DNA from: Planctomycetota bacterium | Lineage (GTDB): Bacteria > Planctomycetota > UBA8742 > UBA2392 | Assembly: GCA_020845475.1 (NCBI GenBank) | Contig: JADLFN010000085.1 | Coordinates: 4,913 to 68,912, forward strand | Length of the DNA stretch: 64,000 nucleotides | Direction: 5' to 3' | Part shown: positions 38,038 through 47,155 of the stretch, piece by piece | Layout: every line of letters begins with the position of its first letter | Position numbering within the stretch: the first letter of the stretch is position 1 | Notes under the pieces: generated by a model | Database searches by the model: none | The model's input: the letters and a program-made list of their open reading frames with translations, nothing else | What the model was told of the DNA's origin: nothing | Translations under genes and position numbers: made by a program

Positions 38038-38946
38038 TTAGCGCGGCCGAAAGCGCTTCTTGGCCTGCACGCGTCTGGAGACGGCCTTCTGGCCGCCCGC
38101 GCTGCCGCGCCTGCCCTGCTTCTTGGGCTTGAATTCCGGGGCGTGGGCGTCGCGGCCGAATTTCTGGCTTGAGACCAGCTCGCGCTCGTAGTCGATTTCG
38201 CCGGCCTCGGCTTTGTTGCAGTATTCAGTCAGTTCCTCGATCTCGTGCTTGTGCAGCTTGCGTGAAGCACCGGGCGGCAGTTCGTGCATGTGCAAGGGGC
38301 CAATGCGCATGCGCTCCATGAGTTTCAGCGAGTGGCCGTACTTCAGGCAGATGTCGCGCAGCGCACCCGGCAGGCCTTCGTAGGCGGTCAGGCGCACGAG
38401 CGAGCGGCTGCCCGAGGATTTCAGGATGCGCAGGCGCTCAAAGCGGCCGGCGTTCATGGAATAATAAAGCGCGCGTTCAATCTGCGCGGCCGTGGCGTAA
38501 GTAACTTCGCCTTTGAGCGTGAGCCGGTACGATTTTGGCACCTTGTAGCGCGGGTGAGTGAGGATGTTCGCTACGCGCCCGTCGTTGGTAACGAACATCA
38601 GGCCGCAGGAGCCTTTATCAAGGCGGCCCACGGTGAACACGCGCGGATGCTCGCCGGGAATCACGTCTTGCACAAAGCGCTCGGCGTCGCGCTCGCTTAC
38701 CGCCACGCCTTCGGGCTTGTTGGCGATCCAGTAACTGAATTGCGGCATGCGCACGCGCTCGCCATCGACGGCAATCGTGTCGCGCGAGGCGTCGGCCGTC
38801 GCGCCCAGCACGCTCACTGTCTCGCCATTGAGCGTGACGCGGCCATCGACGATCAATTCTTCGCAGGCACGGCGCGAACCAAAGCCCGCGCGCGCGAGGA
38901 TTTTCTGAATGCGTTCTTTTCCGGGTGTCTCGGTCTCGGGTTGCAT
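38038..38946 (-). CDS. rluB: 23S rRNA pseudouridine synthase (RsuA/RluB family)
   Basis: Has an N-terminal S4 domain (RIQKILARAGFGSRRACEELI) and the catalytic GRLDKGSCGLM motif. The basic C-terminal tail is typical of RluB. Confidence 0.8.
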   Translation of the reverse strand: MQPETETPGKERIQKILARAGFGSRRACEELIVDGRVTLNGETVSVLGATADASRDTIAVDGERVRMPQFSYWIANKPEGVAVSERDAERFVQDVIPGEHPRVFTVGRLDKGSCGLMFVTNDGRVANILTHPRYKVPKSYRLTLKGEVTYATAAQIERALYYSMNAGRFERLRILKSSGSRSLVRLTAYEGLPGALRDICLKYGHSLKLMERMRIGPLHMHELPPGASRKLHKHEIEELTEYCNKAEAGEIDYERELVSSQKFGRDAHAPEFKPKKQGRRGSAGGQKAVSRRVQAKKRFRPR

Positions 38947-38952
38947 ATTGAT

Positions 38953-39038
38953 GAGTTCTGAATTCTGAATGCCGAATGAAAAACTTCCTGACGAGCCAAC
39001 GTATACATTCAGAATTCAGCATTCAGAATTCAGAACTC
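38953..39038. repeat. CTGAATTCTGAAT palindromic element (family C): perfect 20-bp inverted repeat
   Basis: GAGTTCTGAATTCTGAATGC (38953..38972) and its exact reverse complement GCATTCAGAATTCAGAACTC (39019..39038) are separated by 46 nt. The element lies between the kinase stop and the rluB start. Confidence 0.8.
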
Positions 39039-39041
39039 GCT

Positions 39042-41258
39042 TCACGCCTTCTTCTTTTCTGCCGGTCTGGTGCCCGCCGCCGGGCGTTCTCCGCTTTCAT
39101 TGCTGGCACCGCTTGAGGCGCGCTCCTGTTCCTTCTTGAGTTTCTCATACAGCTTCAAGTCGTGGCGCGCGAGATCGTCGTGGCCCATGCGCTTGTGCAG
39201 CTTGGCGCGGTTGTAATAGCCCTGCACCAGCCTCGGATTGTGGTTCAGCGCCATGTCCATGTCGCGCAGCGCACCTTCCATGTCATTCACGCGCGAGCGC
39301 ACTATCGCGCGGTGATAAAACAAATCGGCTTCGTCGGGCGCGGCTAGAATCGCCTGGGTCAAGAACGCCTGCGCGTACTCCAGTTTGCCCTCGTGCTTGA
39401 GCAGCAGACCCTTGTAGTAGTGGCCCTCATAGCGCCCGGGATCAAGGTCAATGAGCAGATTGAAGCGCTCCGTGGCCGTCGGGAAATCGTCCTGCTCAAA
39501 GGCCTCTTTGCCCTCGGCCAGCAGTTTTTCGAACAACTCATGGCGCAGCGGCCGCAGATCGGACAGCGCCTTGCGCTCGCTGCTTTCTGCGGCAAGCCTG
39601 CGCCAGGCGCGTGCGGCTTCAGTCAGGTCGCCGCTGGCGATGAGTTCGGAAATCTGCGTGACCAGCGCTTTGGCGCCGGGCGTGAGCCTGGCGGCACCGG
39701 GCAGTTGGCCCGCCGCGCCCAGCTCGCTGGCCATGGAACCGGGCAGGTTTTCGCCCTTGGCCACGAGCTGCTGGATATCGACGGATGCGGTGCGCTCAAG
39801 TTCGAGCTCAAGCTTGATGTGCGAATCCAGCCCCAGATTGATGAACGTGGTGTGGTTCTCCATCGAGCCGACGATGACGGAAAAACCGCAGCCGCGCTTG
39901 TCGAGCATGTTGTAGGCGTCAACGATCCAGCGGATGTCCTGGCCCTGCGCCACGTAATCCGGCGGCAGTGCTACCGCCAGCACTTTGTTTTTCAGCGGCA
40001 GGGCCTCGAGCAGGTCGTAGAGGTGCTGCACGTCGCCAACGCTCAATGGCTTGCGGCCCTTGATGGTGAGCAGCATGCGCTCAGGGCGCTGCACGATGAT
40101 GAAACGTGAGGCATACAGGATTTTCTCTTTGTCGAACTTGTATTCGCGCGCGACCACCTGTGCGAGCGTCTGGCGCTTTTCGCCGATTTCGAACTCGAGG
40201 AAGTTGCTGGGCATCAGGGCTGGGTCGCCGCTCTTGCGGTAAACCACGCCCAGGGCGGGCAGGATTTCGCGAAGCGGCTTGACGGGCTTGCTGGCTCGGA
40301 ACGCTTCGCGCTGTGTCTTGAGGCCCTTTCGATAAACGTCTTCGGACTTTGTTGCGCCCACATCGACGGCGCTGGGATTGAGTGGGCGGCGGTTCCAAGG
40401 TGCTTCGGCTGCTGGCAATTGGTGGCGGCGCAAGAGCTTCAGGTCGGTCAGCACGTCGTCAATGGTTTCATAGCGCTGCGCTGGATCCTTGTTGATCATC
40501 TTCAGCACAACGCGCGAAACCGTCAGGGGCACTTCCTTGTTGACTACGCTGGGTGCAAGCGGCTCTTCGCAGTGATGGCGCACGAGCAACTCCCAGTTGC
40601 TCTCGCCGCGATAGGGCAACACGCCCGTCAGCGCCTGATAGGCCGTGATGCCGAGCGCGTAGATGTCGGTGCGCGCGTCAATGCGTATGTACTCGCTTTG
40701 CTCGGGCGCCATGTAGGCCACGCTTCCCACGAATTGCGTGGTGTCGTCTTCGCCGTCTTTGCGGTCGAGTTTGGCCAGGCCGAAATCCAGTATCTTGATG
40801 ATGCCGTCGTCGCCGATCATCAGGTTTGCGGGCTTGATGTCGCGGTGCGTGATGTTGTGGGCGTGCGCAACGCCAAGGCCCTTGGCCGCGCCTTCAATGT
40901 AGTTGAGGGCGTCTTCCAGCTCCAGCGCGCCTTTGCGCATGCGGTCCTTGAGCGTTTCACCCTTAGCCAACTGCATCACGATGTAATTCAGGCCTGAATC
41001 CGTGCCCACGTCGTAAATCGCGACGATGTGCTCATCTTCGAGCTTGGCGGCAAGGCGCGCTTCTCGCAGAAAGTTTTCTACGTTCTTGGGCTCGGCCGCC
41101 CACTTGGCGTCGAGGATTTTCAGCGCGACCTTCTTGTTCAGCGCAAGCTGGTTGGCGAGATATACCGTGCCCATGCCGCCCTGGCCGATGACATCCACAA
41201 TCTCGCAGCCGCCAATGCGCCGGCCGCGCATCTCGGGTGCGCTGGTATCTTTTGCCAT
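39042..41258 (-). CDS. Ser/Thr protein kinase with central unassigned domain and C-terminal TPR repeats
   Basis: Kinase motifs are GQGGMGTVY, VALK, HRDIKPANL, DFG and MAPEQ. TPR-like repeats lie near the C-terminus. Start chosen at MAKDTSAPEM. Confidence 0.85.
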   Translation of the reverse strand: MAKDTSAPEMRGRRIGGCEIVDVIGQGGMGTVYLANQLALNKKVALKILDAKWAAEPKNVENFLREARLAAKLEDEHIVAIYDVGTDSGLNYIVMQLAKGETLKDRMRKGALELEDALNYIEGAAKGLGVAHAHNITHRDIKPANLMIGDDGIIKILDFGLAKLDRKDGEDDTTQFVGSVAYMAPEQSEYIRIDARTDIYALGITAYQALTGVLPYRGESNWELLVRHHCEEPLAPSVVNKEVPLTVSRVVLKMINKDPAQRYETIDDVLTDLKLLRRHQLPAAEAPWNRRPLNPSAVDVGATKSEDVYRKGLKTQREAFRASKPVKPLREILPALGVVYRKSGDPALMPSNFLEFEIGEKRQTLAQVVAREYKFDKEKILYASRFIIVQRPERMLLTIKGRKPLSVGDVQHLYDLLEALPLKNKVLAVALPPDYVAQGQDIRWIVDAYNMLDKRGCGFSVIVGSMENHTTFINLGLDSHIKLELELERTASVDIQQLVAKGENLPGSMASELGAAGQLPGAARLTPGAKALVTQISELIASGDLTEAARAWRRLAAESSERKALSDLRPLRHELFEKLLAEGKEAFEQDDFPTATERFNLLIDLDPGRYEGHYYKGLLLKHEGKLEYAQAFLTQAILAAPDEADLFYHRAIVRSRVNDMEGALRDMDMALNHNPRLVQGYYNRAKLHKRMGHDDLARHDLKLYEKLKKEQERASSGASNESGERPAAGTRPAEKKKA

Positions 41259-41367
41259 GGTCTTGCCCGCAAACGAGGGTGCTGGGGAAGCCGCCATGAT
41301 AGCAAGCAGCACAAAACGGTGCGAGGCCGATGCCAACCCATGCGCCCGCCAATCGTATAACCTCAAC

Positions 41368-41937
41368 ATGCGCAGACTGCTCTTGCCCATCGCGTTGTTT
41401 TTGGTCTTCATCACCGGATGCAAGACCGAAGAACTCGGGCCCGATGGCCAACCCTCCAAGGGGCTCGACAGAGACCTGGTGTTTGACGACAACGGCCGCT
41501 TCCTGGCCATTGCCACGCGCCTGATCCCGCCTCACACCCTGATCGTCAACGGCGATAAACCCACGGAGCGCGAAGTGAAGCTGCTCGGCGTCGAAGGACT
41601 GCCGGAGTCAAAGGCTCCCAACACTTATCGGCTCGCACAGGAGTGGATGTACAAATTCATGACCCACGGTGAGCAGCTCTACATCAAGCCCGGCGTGGGC
41701 ACAGACAAAGACCAGTACTCGTTGTTCGGCGAAGTTTACATGGAAGCGGTTGACCCCAAGACCAACCAACCGCTCACGGACAAATATGTGATGGTGAACA
41801 TGGCCATGCTCAGCCTCGGCCTTGTCAAAATCCGCGACGTGCGCGAGTTCACCAACCCCGCCATTCAGGACAAAATGAAACAGGTCGAAGACGAAGCCCG
41901 CCGGGAAAAGCGCGGGCTTTGGTCCGAACGGCCATGA
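41368..41937 (+). CDS. lipoprotein with staphylococcal-nuclease (SNase/thermonuclease)-like domain
   Basis: Has a lipobox, FITGC. EVKLLGVEGLPES, the later VNMAMLSLGLVKI and the C-terminal EARREKRGLWSE resemble SNase-family motifs. Confidence 0.65.
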   Translation: MRRLLLPIALFLVFITGCKTEELGPDGQPSKGLDRDLVFDDNGRFLAIATRLIPPHTLIVNGDKPTEREVKLLGVEGLPESKAPNTYRLAQEWMYKFMTHGEQLYIKPGVGTDKDQYSLFGEVYMEAVDPKTNQPLTDKYVMVNMAMLSLGLVKIRDVREFTNPAIQDKMKQVEDEARREKRGLWSERP

Positions 41938-41974
41938 CACACCGCCGCAGCGTCCTTGCAGCAATCCGCCCGCG

Positions 41975-43939
41975 TCAATCAATGATCAACAGTTTCAGTT
42001 GCTGCGCGTGGTTCGCATCCGGCGCGGCTACGGCACCTGTCAGTCCGGGCAGCAGAACCGTGGGCGGCGGGGTCGAGAAAAACACCGGCGCGCCCGGAGC
42101 GGCAGGTGGTGGCACGGGTGCACCCACAAATCCGCCCCAGTAGATCTCATAGGGCTGGTACTTCACCTCGTGCACCACCACCGCCAGATCGTCACCCTTG
42201 AGCTCCGCATCGTAGCCGAAGTACGCCAGGCTCACCGTTGCGTCATAGTACGGCAAGCCCGGGGGCGGCGTGGCACCCTGCACGTTGCGCACCTGCGTGA
42301 GGCGATAGCGTGTGGGATAATTGCCCGGGCTGAAATCCGTCCAGAGCATGTCGTGCAACTCAAGCCCGGCGCTCACGGGCGTCACGAACAGCAAATCCAC
42401 GCGCAACTGCGTGCCCTGCATGCGCGCAAAGAGGGAGGGCGTAGCCGCGCCGGCCTCGGCCACAATCGGGCTTGTGGTGAAACTCGCGCCGGCGTTGTTG
42501 CTGACGCCGAGGTAAATGCCGCCGGTGCGCTCGTAGGCGTAAAGGATCATCATGTTCACGCCGCTGCCGATGACAGCCACGTGCGGATCGGTTGGAACGA
42601 TGTTCGTTTCGGAATCGACGAGAACGTCTGAGAACGCGCTTTGGCCAAAGCGCCGCACGGCGCAGCGGAAGTTGGCGGTGTTGGTGCGCGTCGTGCCGTT
42701 GACCACCGAGTGCGTGTAGCCATAGCCGATCACGAGATCGCCGCCCGTGCTGTATTGCAGGTGCGAAACTATGGGCGTGGTGTCCGCGCCGGTGTTGCGC
42801 ACCACCGTGGGCCAGCTCCAGGCATAGCCCGTGGGCGTGTTGTTGGTGTCAAAGGCCGTGGGCGTGCCTTCAACAAGCACCCATTGCCCCGAGGGCTGGC
42901 CGTTGACGTCCACCGTGCGCCAGAACAGGCAGCCAATGGTGTAATCGCTCGAAATCGCGGCCTGCACCAGACGCCAACTCCAGCCCGTGCCGCTGTCGAG
43001 CACCGCCAGAATTGGGAACGATGCGCCTCGATCAAGGCTTACATCCACACGTACCTGGCCGTCGCCCGTGAACGCAATCGCGATCACGTTGCCCAGCGCG
43101 GCTATTTCCTGGTCGCGCCAGAACCCGGTGTCGAGCGCGGGGCAATCGCCGGCATCGCCCGTGACCGCGCCGCTGCTCGCCGAAACCTGCAACCACTGGC
43201 GGCGGCGGTTGTAGTTGGCATCGCCGTCGTAGGTGACCAGCGTGTAGCGATCGCCTGAAACCGCGATGGAGGGCAGGCCGAACAGGTACGACTCGCTGGA
43301 GAAAATGTCGCTCGAAGTCATGCCGGGGCGAGCGTTCTGAATGGTGTTGCCAGTGTTGATGATGGAAAGGCCCGCGATGCGCACGCGCACGCCCAGTGTC
43401 TCCGTGGTGCTGTTGAGCGAAACCTTGAAGGCCAGCACCTGAGTTTGCGCGATGCGGCCCGAGAGGCCCACGCGCGCAAAACCATCGCCCGTGGCCTGCA
43501 CGAAGTTGCCCAGATTGGTCAGCGCAGGCGATTGCAGGCTGATGCCCGAAGCCGCGATGCTCTCCACGCCGCCGCTGGGCGTTGCCGCGCCGTCGGCCAC
43601 GTGGGCGGTGGAGATGTTCACCGTGCCGGAGTTGCCGCGCGAACGCGCCACGATGGAGAACGCGAAATCCGTGTTCGCGGGCGTGGTGAGTTCATAGGTG
43701 CGCGAAAAGCCGGTGAGCCCCAGGCGCGAAAGATTGAACGCGCCCGTCAGCGAATCCGAGGGCGAGGGCGAAATCTCAGTCAAACCCGCGGCCAGCGAAA
43801 TCTCGCCGGGAACCGGCGTTATCGGGTTTTGCGTGTAGTTGTTGGAATTGCCGCCGGAAAGCGAATAGCCGTCGTTCTGGAGGCAGCCAATCAGAAAAAA
43901 GGGGACCGCAAGCAGGGGAAACACAAGGAGCCGGTGCAT
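41975..43939 (-). CDS. Asp-box (BNR)/sialidase-like beta-propeller lipoprotein, paralog 1
   Basis: Start at MHRLLVFPLLAVPFFLIGC (lipobox) with an AAAGGTG Shine-Dalgarno. Asp-box-like motifs are SLDRGASF and SNNAGASF. It is collinear with 48283..50256. The 1160-aa track ORF is an artefactual upstream extension. Confidence 0.65.
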   Translation of the reverse strand: MHRLLVFPLLAVPFFLIGCLQNDGYSLSGGNSNNYTQNPITPVPGEISLAAGLTEISPSPSDSLTGAFNLSRLGLTGFSRTYELTTPANTDFAFSIVARSRGNSGTVNISTAHVADGAATPSGGVESIAASGISLQSPALTNLGNFVQATGDGFARVGLSGRIAQTQVLAFKVSLNSTTETLGVRVRIAGLSIINTGNTIQNARPGMTSSDIFSSESYLFGLPSIAVSGDRYTLVTYDGDANYNRRRQWLQVSASSGAVTGDAGDCPALDTGFWRDQEIAALGNVIAIAFTGDGQVRVDVSLDRGASFPILAVLDSGTGWSWRLVQAAISSDYTIGCLFWRTVDVNGQPSGQWVLVEGTPTAFDTNNTPTGYAWSWPTVVRNTGADTTPIVSHLQYSTGGDLVIGYGYTHSVVNGTTRTNTANFRCAVRRFGQSAFSDVLVDSETNIVPTDPHVAVIGSGVNMMILYAYERTGGIYLGVSNNAGASFTTSPIVAEAGAATPSLFARMQGTQLRVDLLFVTPVSAGLELHDMLWTDFSPGNYPTRYRLTQVRNVQGATPPPGLPYYDATVSLAYFGYDAELKGDDLAVVVHEVKYQPYEIYWGGFVGAPVPPPAAPGAPVFFSTPPPTVLLPGLTGAVAAPDANHAQQLKLLIID

Positions 43940-44080
43940 GGCCGCACCTTTCGAACATTTGTTCCCGCAGCCTTCCCAATGCAATCCCCGTGCCCAAACA
44001 GCCGCACTAGAGAAGGGCACAGCCGAGAGGCGGACGGGTAACACCCGCCTCTTGGCGATGTTCCCCGGTGCGGCCAGAGC

Positions 44081-44086
44081 TAAAGT
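44081..44086 (+). promoter_or_regulatory. -10-like box TAAAGT, 6 nt upstream of ATG 44093 (leaderless candidate)
   Basis: The sequence reads GCTAAAGTCAGCATATG, with no Shine-Dalgarno. Confidence 0.3.
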
Positions 44087-44092
44087 CAGCAT

Positions 44093-45400
44093 ATGGCAAA
44101 CACTTCCTTCATCAGCGCGGCTCAGGCCGTTTCCGGTGTTCGCTCGGGCCAGCGGGTTTTCATTGGCTCGGGCGCGGCTGAGCCTTCGGAGTTGGTCAAG
44201 GCGCTTTCGGCTCGTTCCGACCTGCGCGATGTCAATGTGCTGCACATTCTTACTCTGGGCGAGGCGCCTTACGTGGCTCCGGAGATGGCGGGGCGCTTTC
44301 GCCATACCGCCTTCTTCATTGGCCACAATACGCGACAGGCCGTGCAGGATGGCCGCGCGGATTTCATGCCCATCTTCCTTTCCGAAATCCCCGCGCTCTT
44401 TGAACAACGCCTGCCGCTCGATTGGGCTCTCGTTCAACTTTCTCCGCCCGACAAGCACGGCTACTGCACCGTGGGAGTCGCCGCCGATGTTGTGGTCAGC
44501 GCCATACGCAACGCCAAGCACGTGATCGCCGAGATCAACCCGCGCATGCCGCGCACCTGGGGCAACACGATCATTCACGTTTCGCGCCTGCACGCGGCCG
44601 TAAACGTCGATTACCCCCTGCCGCAACTCACGCCCGAGCCCGTTGATGAAACTAGCCGCGCCATTGGCAAGCACGTGGCCGGGCTCATCGACGACGGCGA
44701 CTGCCTCCAGCTCGGCATCGGCGGCATTCCCAACGCCGTGCTCAACGAGTTGCGCAACCACAAACACCTGGGCCTGCACACCGAAATGCTTTCCGATGGC
44801 ATTGTTGACGTGATCGAGGCGGGCGCGCTCGATTGCTCGCGCAAGAACTATCACCCGGACAAGGCCATCTGCTCCTTCGCCATGGGCACGCAGCGGCTCT
44901 ATGATTTCATCGACGACAACCCGTTCATCGAAAGCTACGGCAACGATTTCGTGAATGATCCATTTAATGTGGCCAAGAACGACCGCATGGTGGCCGTAAA
45001 CAGCGCCATTGCCATTGACCTCACGGGCCAGGTCAACAGCGACAGCTTCGGCGCGCGGCCCTATTCCGGCATCGGCGGACAGGTCGATTTCATCCGCGGC
45101 GCGGCACGAAGCAAAGGCGGCAAGCCGATCATCGCGCTGCCGGCCACAGCCAAGGGCGGCACGATTTCGCGCATCGTGCCCACGCTCGAGCGCGGCGCGG
45201 GCGTAGTCACGAGCCGCGGCGACGTGCACTGGGTGGTCACGGAGTTCGGCGTAGCCGACCTTTACGCCAAGGGCCTTCACGAGCGCGCCAAGGCGCTGAT
45301 TGCGATTGCGCACCCGAAATTCCGCGAAGAGCTCGAACGCGAAGCCTTTGGCATGAAGCTGCTCACGCGCGTGATCAAGCGCCATGAGCCGCGAACCTGA
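44093..45400 (+). CDS. acetyl-CoA hydrolase/transferase family protein (4-hydroxybutyrate CoA-transferase-like)
   Basis: RADFMPIFLSEIPALF, LSPPDKHGYCTVGV and AEINPRMPRTWG are characteristic of this family over its full length. Confidence 0.85.
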   Translation: MANTSFISAAQAVSGVRSGQRVFIGSGAAEPSELVKALSARSDLRDVNVLHILTLGEAPYVAPEMAGRFRHTAFFIGHNTRQAVQDGRADFMPIFLSEIPALFEQRLPLDWALVQLSPPDKHGYCTVGVAADVVVSAIRNAKHVIAEINPRMPRTWGNTIIHVSRLHAAVNVDYPLPQLTPEPVDETSRAIGKHVAGLIDDGDCLQLGIGGIPNAVLNELRNHKHLGLHTEMLSDGIVDVIEAGALDCSRKNYHPDKAICSFAMGTQRLYDFIDDNPFIESYGNDFVNDPFNVAKNDRMVAVNSAIAIDLTGQVNSDSFGARPYSGIGGQVDFIRGAARSKGGKPIIALPATAKGGTISRIVPTLERGAGVVTSRGDVHWVVTEFGVADLYAKGLHERAKALIAIAHPKFREELEREAFGMKLLTRVIKRHEPRT

Positions 45401-45469
45401 GCATAGATTGACCGCACCGCTTGCTAACCCGTGCGGCTCGTTACACAATCCCCGCACGGAGAGGACACC

Positions 45470-46294
45470 ATGAAACGCTTGATCACGGCGCTTTGCGCCG
45501 CCCTGTTTCTTGCCGCCTGTTCAACGCCGACGGCGCCCACGCGCGAAGCGCGGGAGCACTACGAAAACGGCCAGCGCGCCTACAAGGCCGAGAACAACGC
45601 CGTTGCCGAATCCGAATTCGCCGGTGCGCTTTCAGATTACCCCGATTACGCCGAAGCCGCGCTGCAGCTTGCTTACACGCGCTATCGCCTCAAGAAGTAT
45701 GAGCTCGCGCGTGAAGATTTCTTGCGCTCCATGAAGCTTTACGCCAACGCGCCCGAGGCGCTGGACGCCGAGTACTGGGCCGGCATGTGCGACTATTCAC
45801 TGGGCTACGCCTGCGACGACAAGGGCGACAAAAAGGGCGCCGACGCCCGCTACAAGCCGGCCGAAGCCGCCTTTTCAAGCGTGATTTCGCGCGGCTACAC
45901 CGCCAACGACGTTTTCGCCTGGCGCGCGTGGACGCGCGTAGCACTGGGCATTTTCGGCAAAGCGCAGAGCGACTTCCGCAGGGCGATCAAGTTCACCTCC
46001 AATAGCGCCAAGAAGAAGGAATGGCAGGAAGCGGTGGATAACATCAACAAGATCTTCGGCGAAGCTGCGCTCAAGAAGGCCGAGAAAGAACGGCAGGACG
46101 GAATGGACGCGGCCCGGATCGACGCGGCCAAACTGAAAACGGCAAGTGAGGCGTACGCGAAGGCCAAGGAGCAGTTTGAGCGCGAGCAGTTCGGAGTCTG
46201 CCGCGTTTTCTGCGAGCGCGCGCTAGAGCTGGAAACGGGGCACGAGGAAGCCAAGAAGCTGCTCAAGCAGGCGGAAGAGTTCGACTGGAAGTAA
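45470..46294 (+). CDS. TPR-repeat lipoprotein
   Basis: Has a lipobox, FLAAC, and a GGAGAGGA Shine-Dalgarno. TPR-like helices (YENGQRAYKAENNAVAESEF, YPDYAEAALQLAYTRY) are followed by a charged coiled-coil C-terminus. Confidence 0.6.
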   Translation: MKRLITALCAALFLAACSTPTAPTREAREHYENGQRAYKAENNAVAESEFAGALSDYPDYAEAALQLAYTRYRLKKYELAREDFLRSMKLYANAPEALDAEYWAGMCDYSLGYACDDKGDKKGADARYKPAEAAFSSVISRGYTANDVFAWRAWTRVALGIFGKAQSDFRRAIKFTSNSAKKKEWQEAVDNINKIFGEAALKKAEKERQDGMDAARIDAAKLKTASEAYAKAKEQFEREQFGVCRVFCERALELETGHEEAKKLLKQAEEFDWK

Positions 46295-46295
46295 A

Positions 46296-47027
46296 TTGAT
46301 TCGCATTCCCGAATCCTTTGAGACCCTGCCGCTGCCCGAGCATTTCACGTTGGGGCGTGACAAGCTTGGCCGACTGTGCCTGTTTGACGACCGCAAGGGC
46401 GCGCCGGGCCCTCTGTGCGTTGACTTTCTTTCAGGCAAGGGCGGCTGGCGCGCGCGCGATGTTTCAAAGAACGATCTGCTGCCGCGCGCGATCGGCGTGA
46501 AGTCGGCCCATCCGCCGCGCACCGTGCTTGATGCCACGGCAGGACTCGGCGCGGACGCCGCCACCCTGGCGCTGCTGGGTTTGGAGGTGACGGCGCTGGA
46601 GCAATCACCGGTGGTGCACGCGCTTTTGCAGGACGGTATTGCGCGCGCGATGGCAACCAATGGCGACGTGGGTGAGGCGCTTGCGAATCACTTGACGTTG
46701 CGCTGCGCGGATGCGCGGCACTTTTTGCGCATGTCAGACGAGCGCAGTAACATCCTCGATGTTGTTTACCTCGACCCGATGTTTCGCGTGAAGAAGAGCG
46801 CGCTCTCTCGCAAAGAGATGCAGCACCTGCAGGAGCTCCTGCCCGCGCAAAGCGAAATCGATTTGCACGAGCTGTTCGCATTGGCGCTGCGGACCGCAGG
46901 CAAGCGCGTGGTGGTCAAGCGGCCGCTGCACGCGCCGGAACTGTCCGAAAACCCCGCCCCCAGCCACACGCTCAAGGGCAAGAGCGTTCGCTTTGATGTG
47001 TATCTGACGCCGGGGGCCGGGGGGTAG
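46296..47027 (+). CDS. rsmJ: 16S rRNA (guanine-N2)-methyltransferase RsmJ-type SAM methyltransferase
   Basis: LDATAGLGADA is SAM motif I, and VVYLDPMF is also present. The TTG start lies 1 nt after the upstream stop. Confidence 0.7.
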   Translation: MIRIPESFETLPLPEHFTLGRDKLGRLCLFDDRKGAPGPLCVDFLSGKGGWRARDVSKNDLLPRAIGVKSAHPPRTVLDATAGLGADAATLALLGLEVTALEQSPVVHALLQDGIARAMATNGDVGEALANHLTLRCADARHFLRMSDERSNILDVVYLDPMFRVKKSALSRKEMQHLQELLPAQSEIDLHELFALALRTAGKRVVVKRPLHAPELSENPAPSHTLKGKSVRFDVYLTPGAGG

Positions 47028-47143
47028 GGATTGGGGAACTACCGGTCATTTTGCCCCGCCCCCAAGCCCAACTTGCGTTGAGGCTGGTCGGACCCATAGC
47101 GCAATTGCACAGAACGCACAGGCCAAAGTCTGCGTGACCAACG

Positions 47144-47149
47144 TACAAT
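47144..47149 (+). promoter_or_regulatory. -10-like box TACAAT, 6 nt upstream of ATG 47156 (leaderless candidate)
   Basis: The sequence reads CGTACAATCGCGCTATG, with no Shine-Dalgarno. Confidence 0.35.
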
Positions 47150-47155
47150 CGCGCT

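Noticed and set aside
43940-45457. N-terminal 506 codons of the 1160-aa minus-strand ORF 41975..45457
   Set aside because: This part is antisense to a full-length, motif-rich acetyl-CoA hydrolase/transferase gene (44093..45400). It has no recognisable domains. A lipoprotein signal peptide with a Shine-Dalgarno begins at 43939, and its paralog (48283..50256) starts at the equivalent point.
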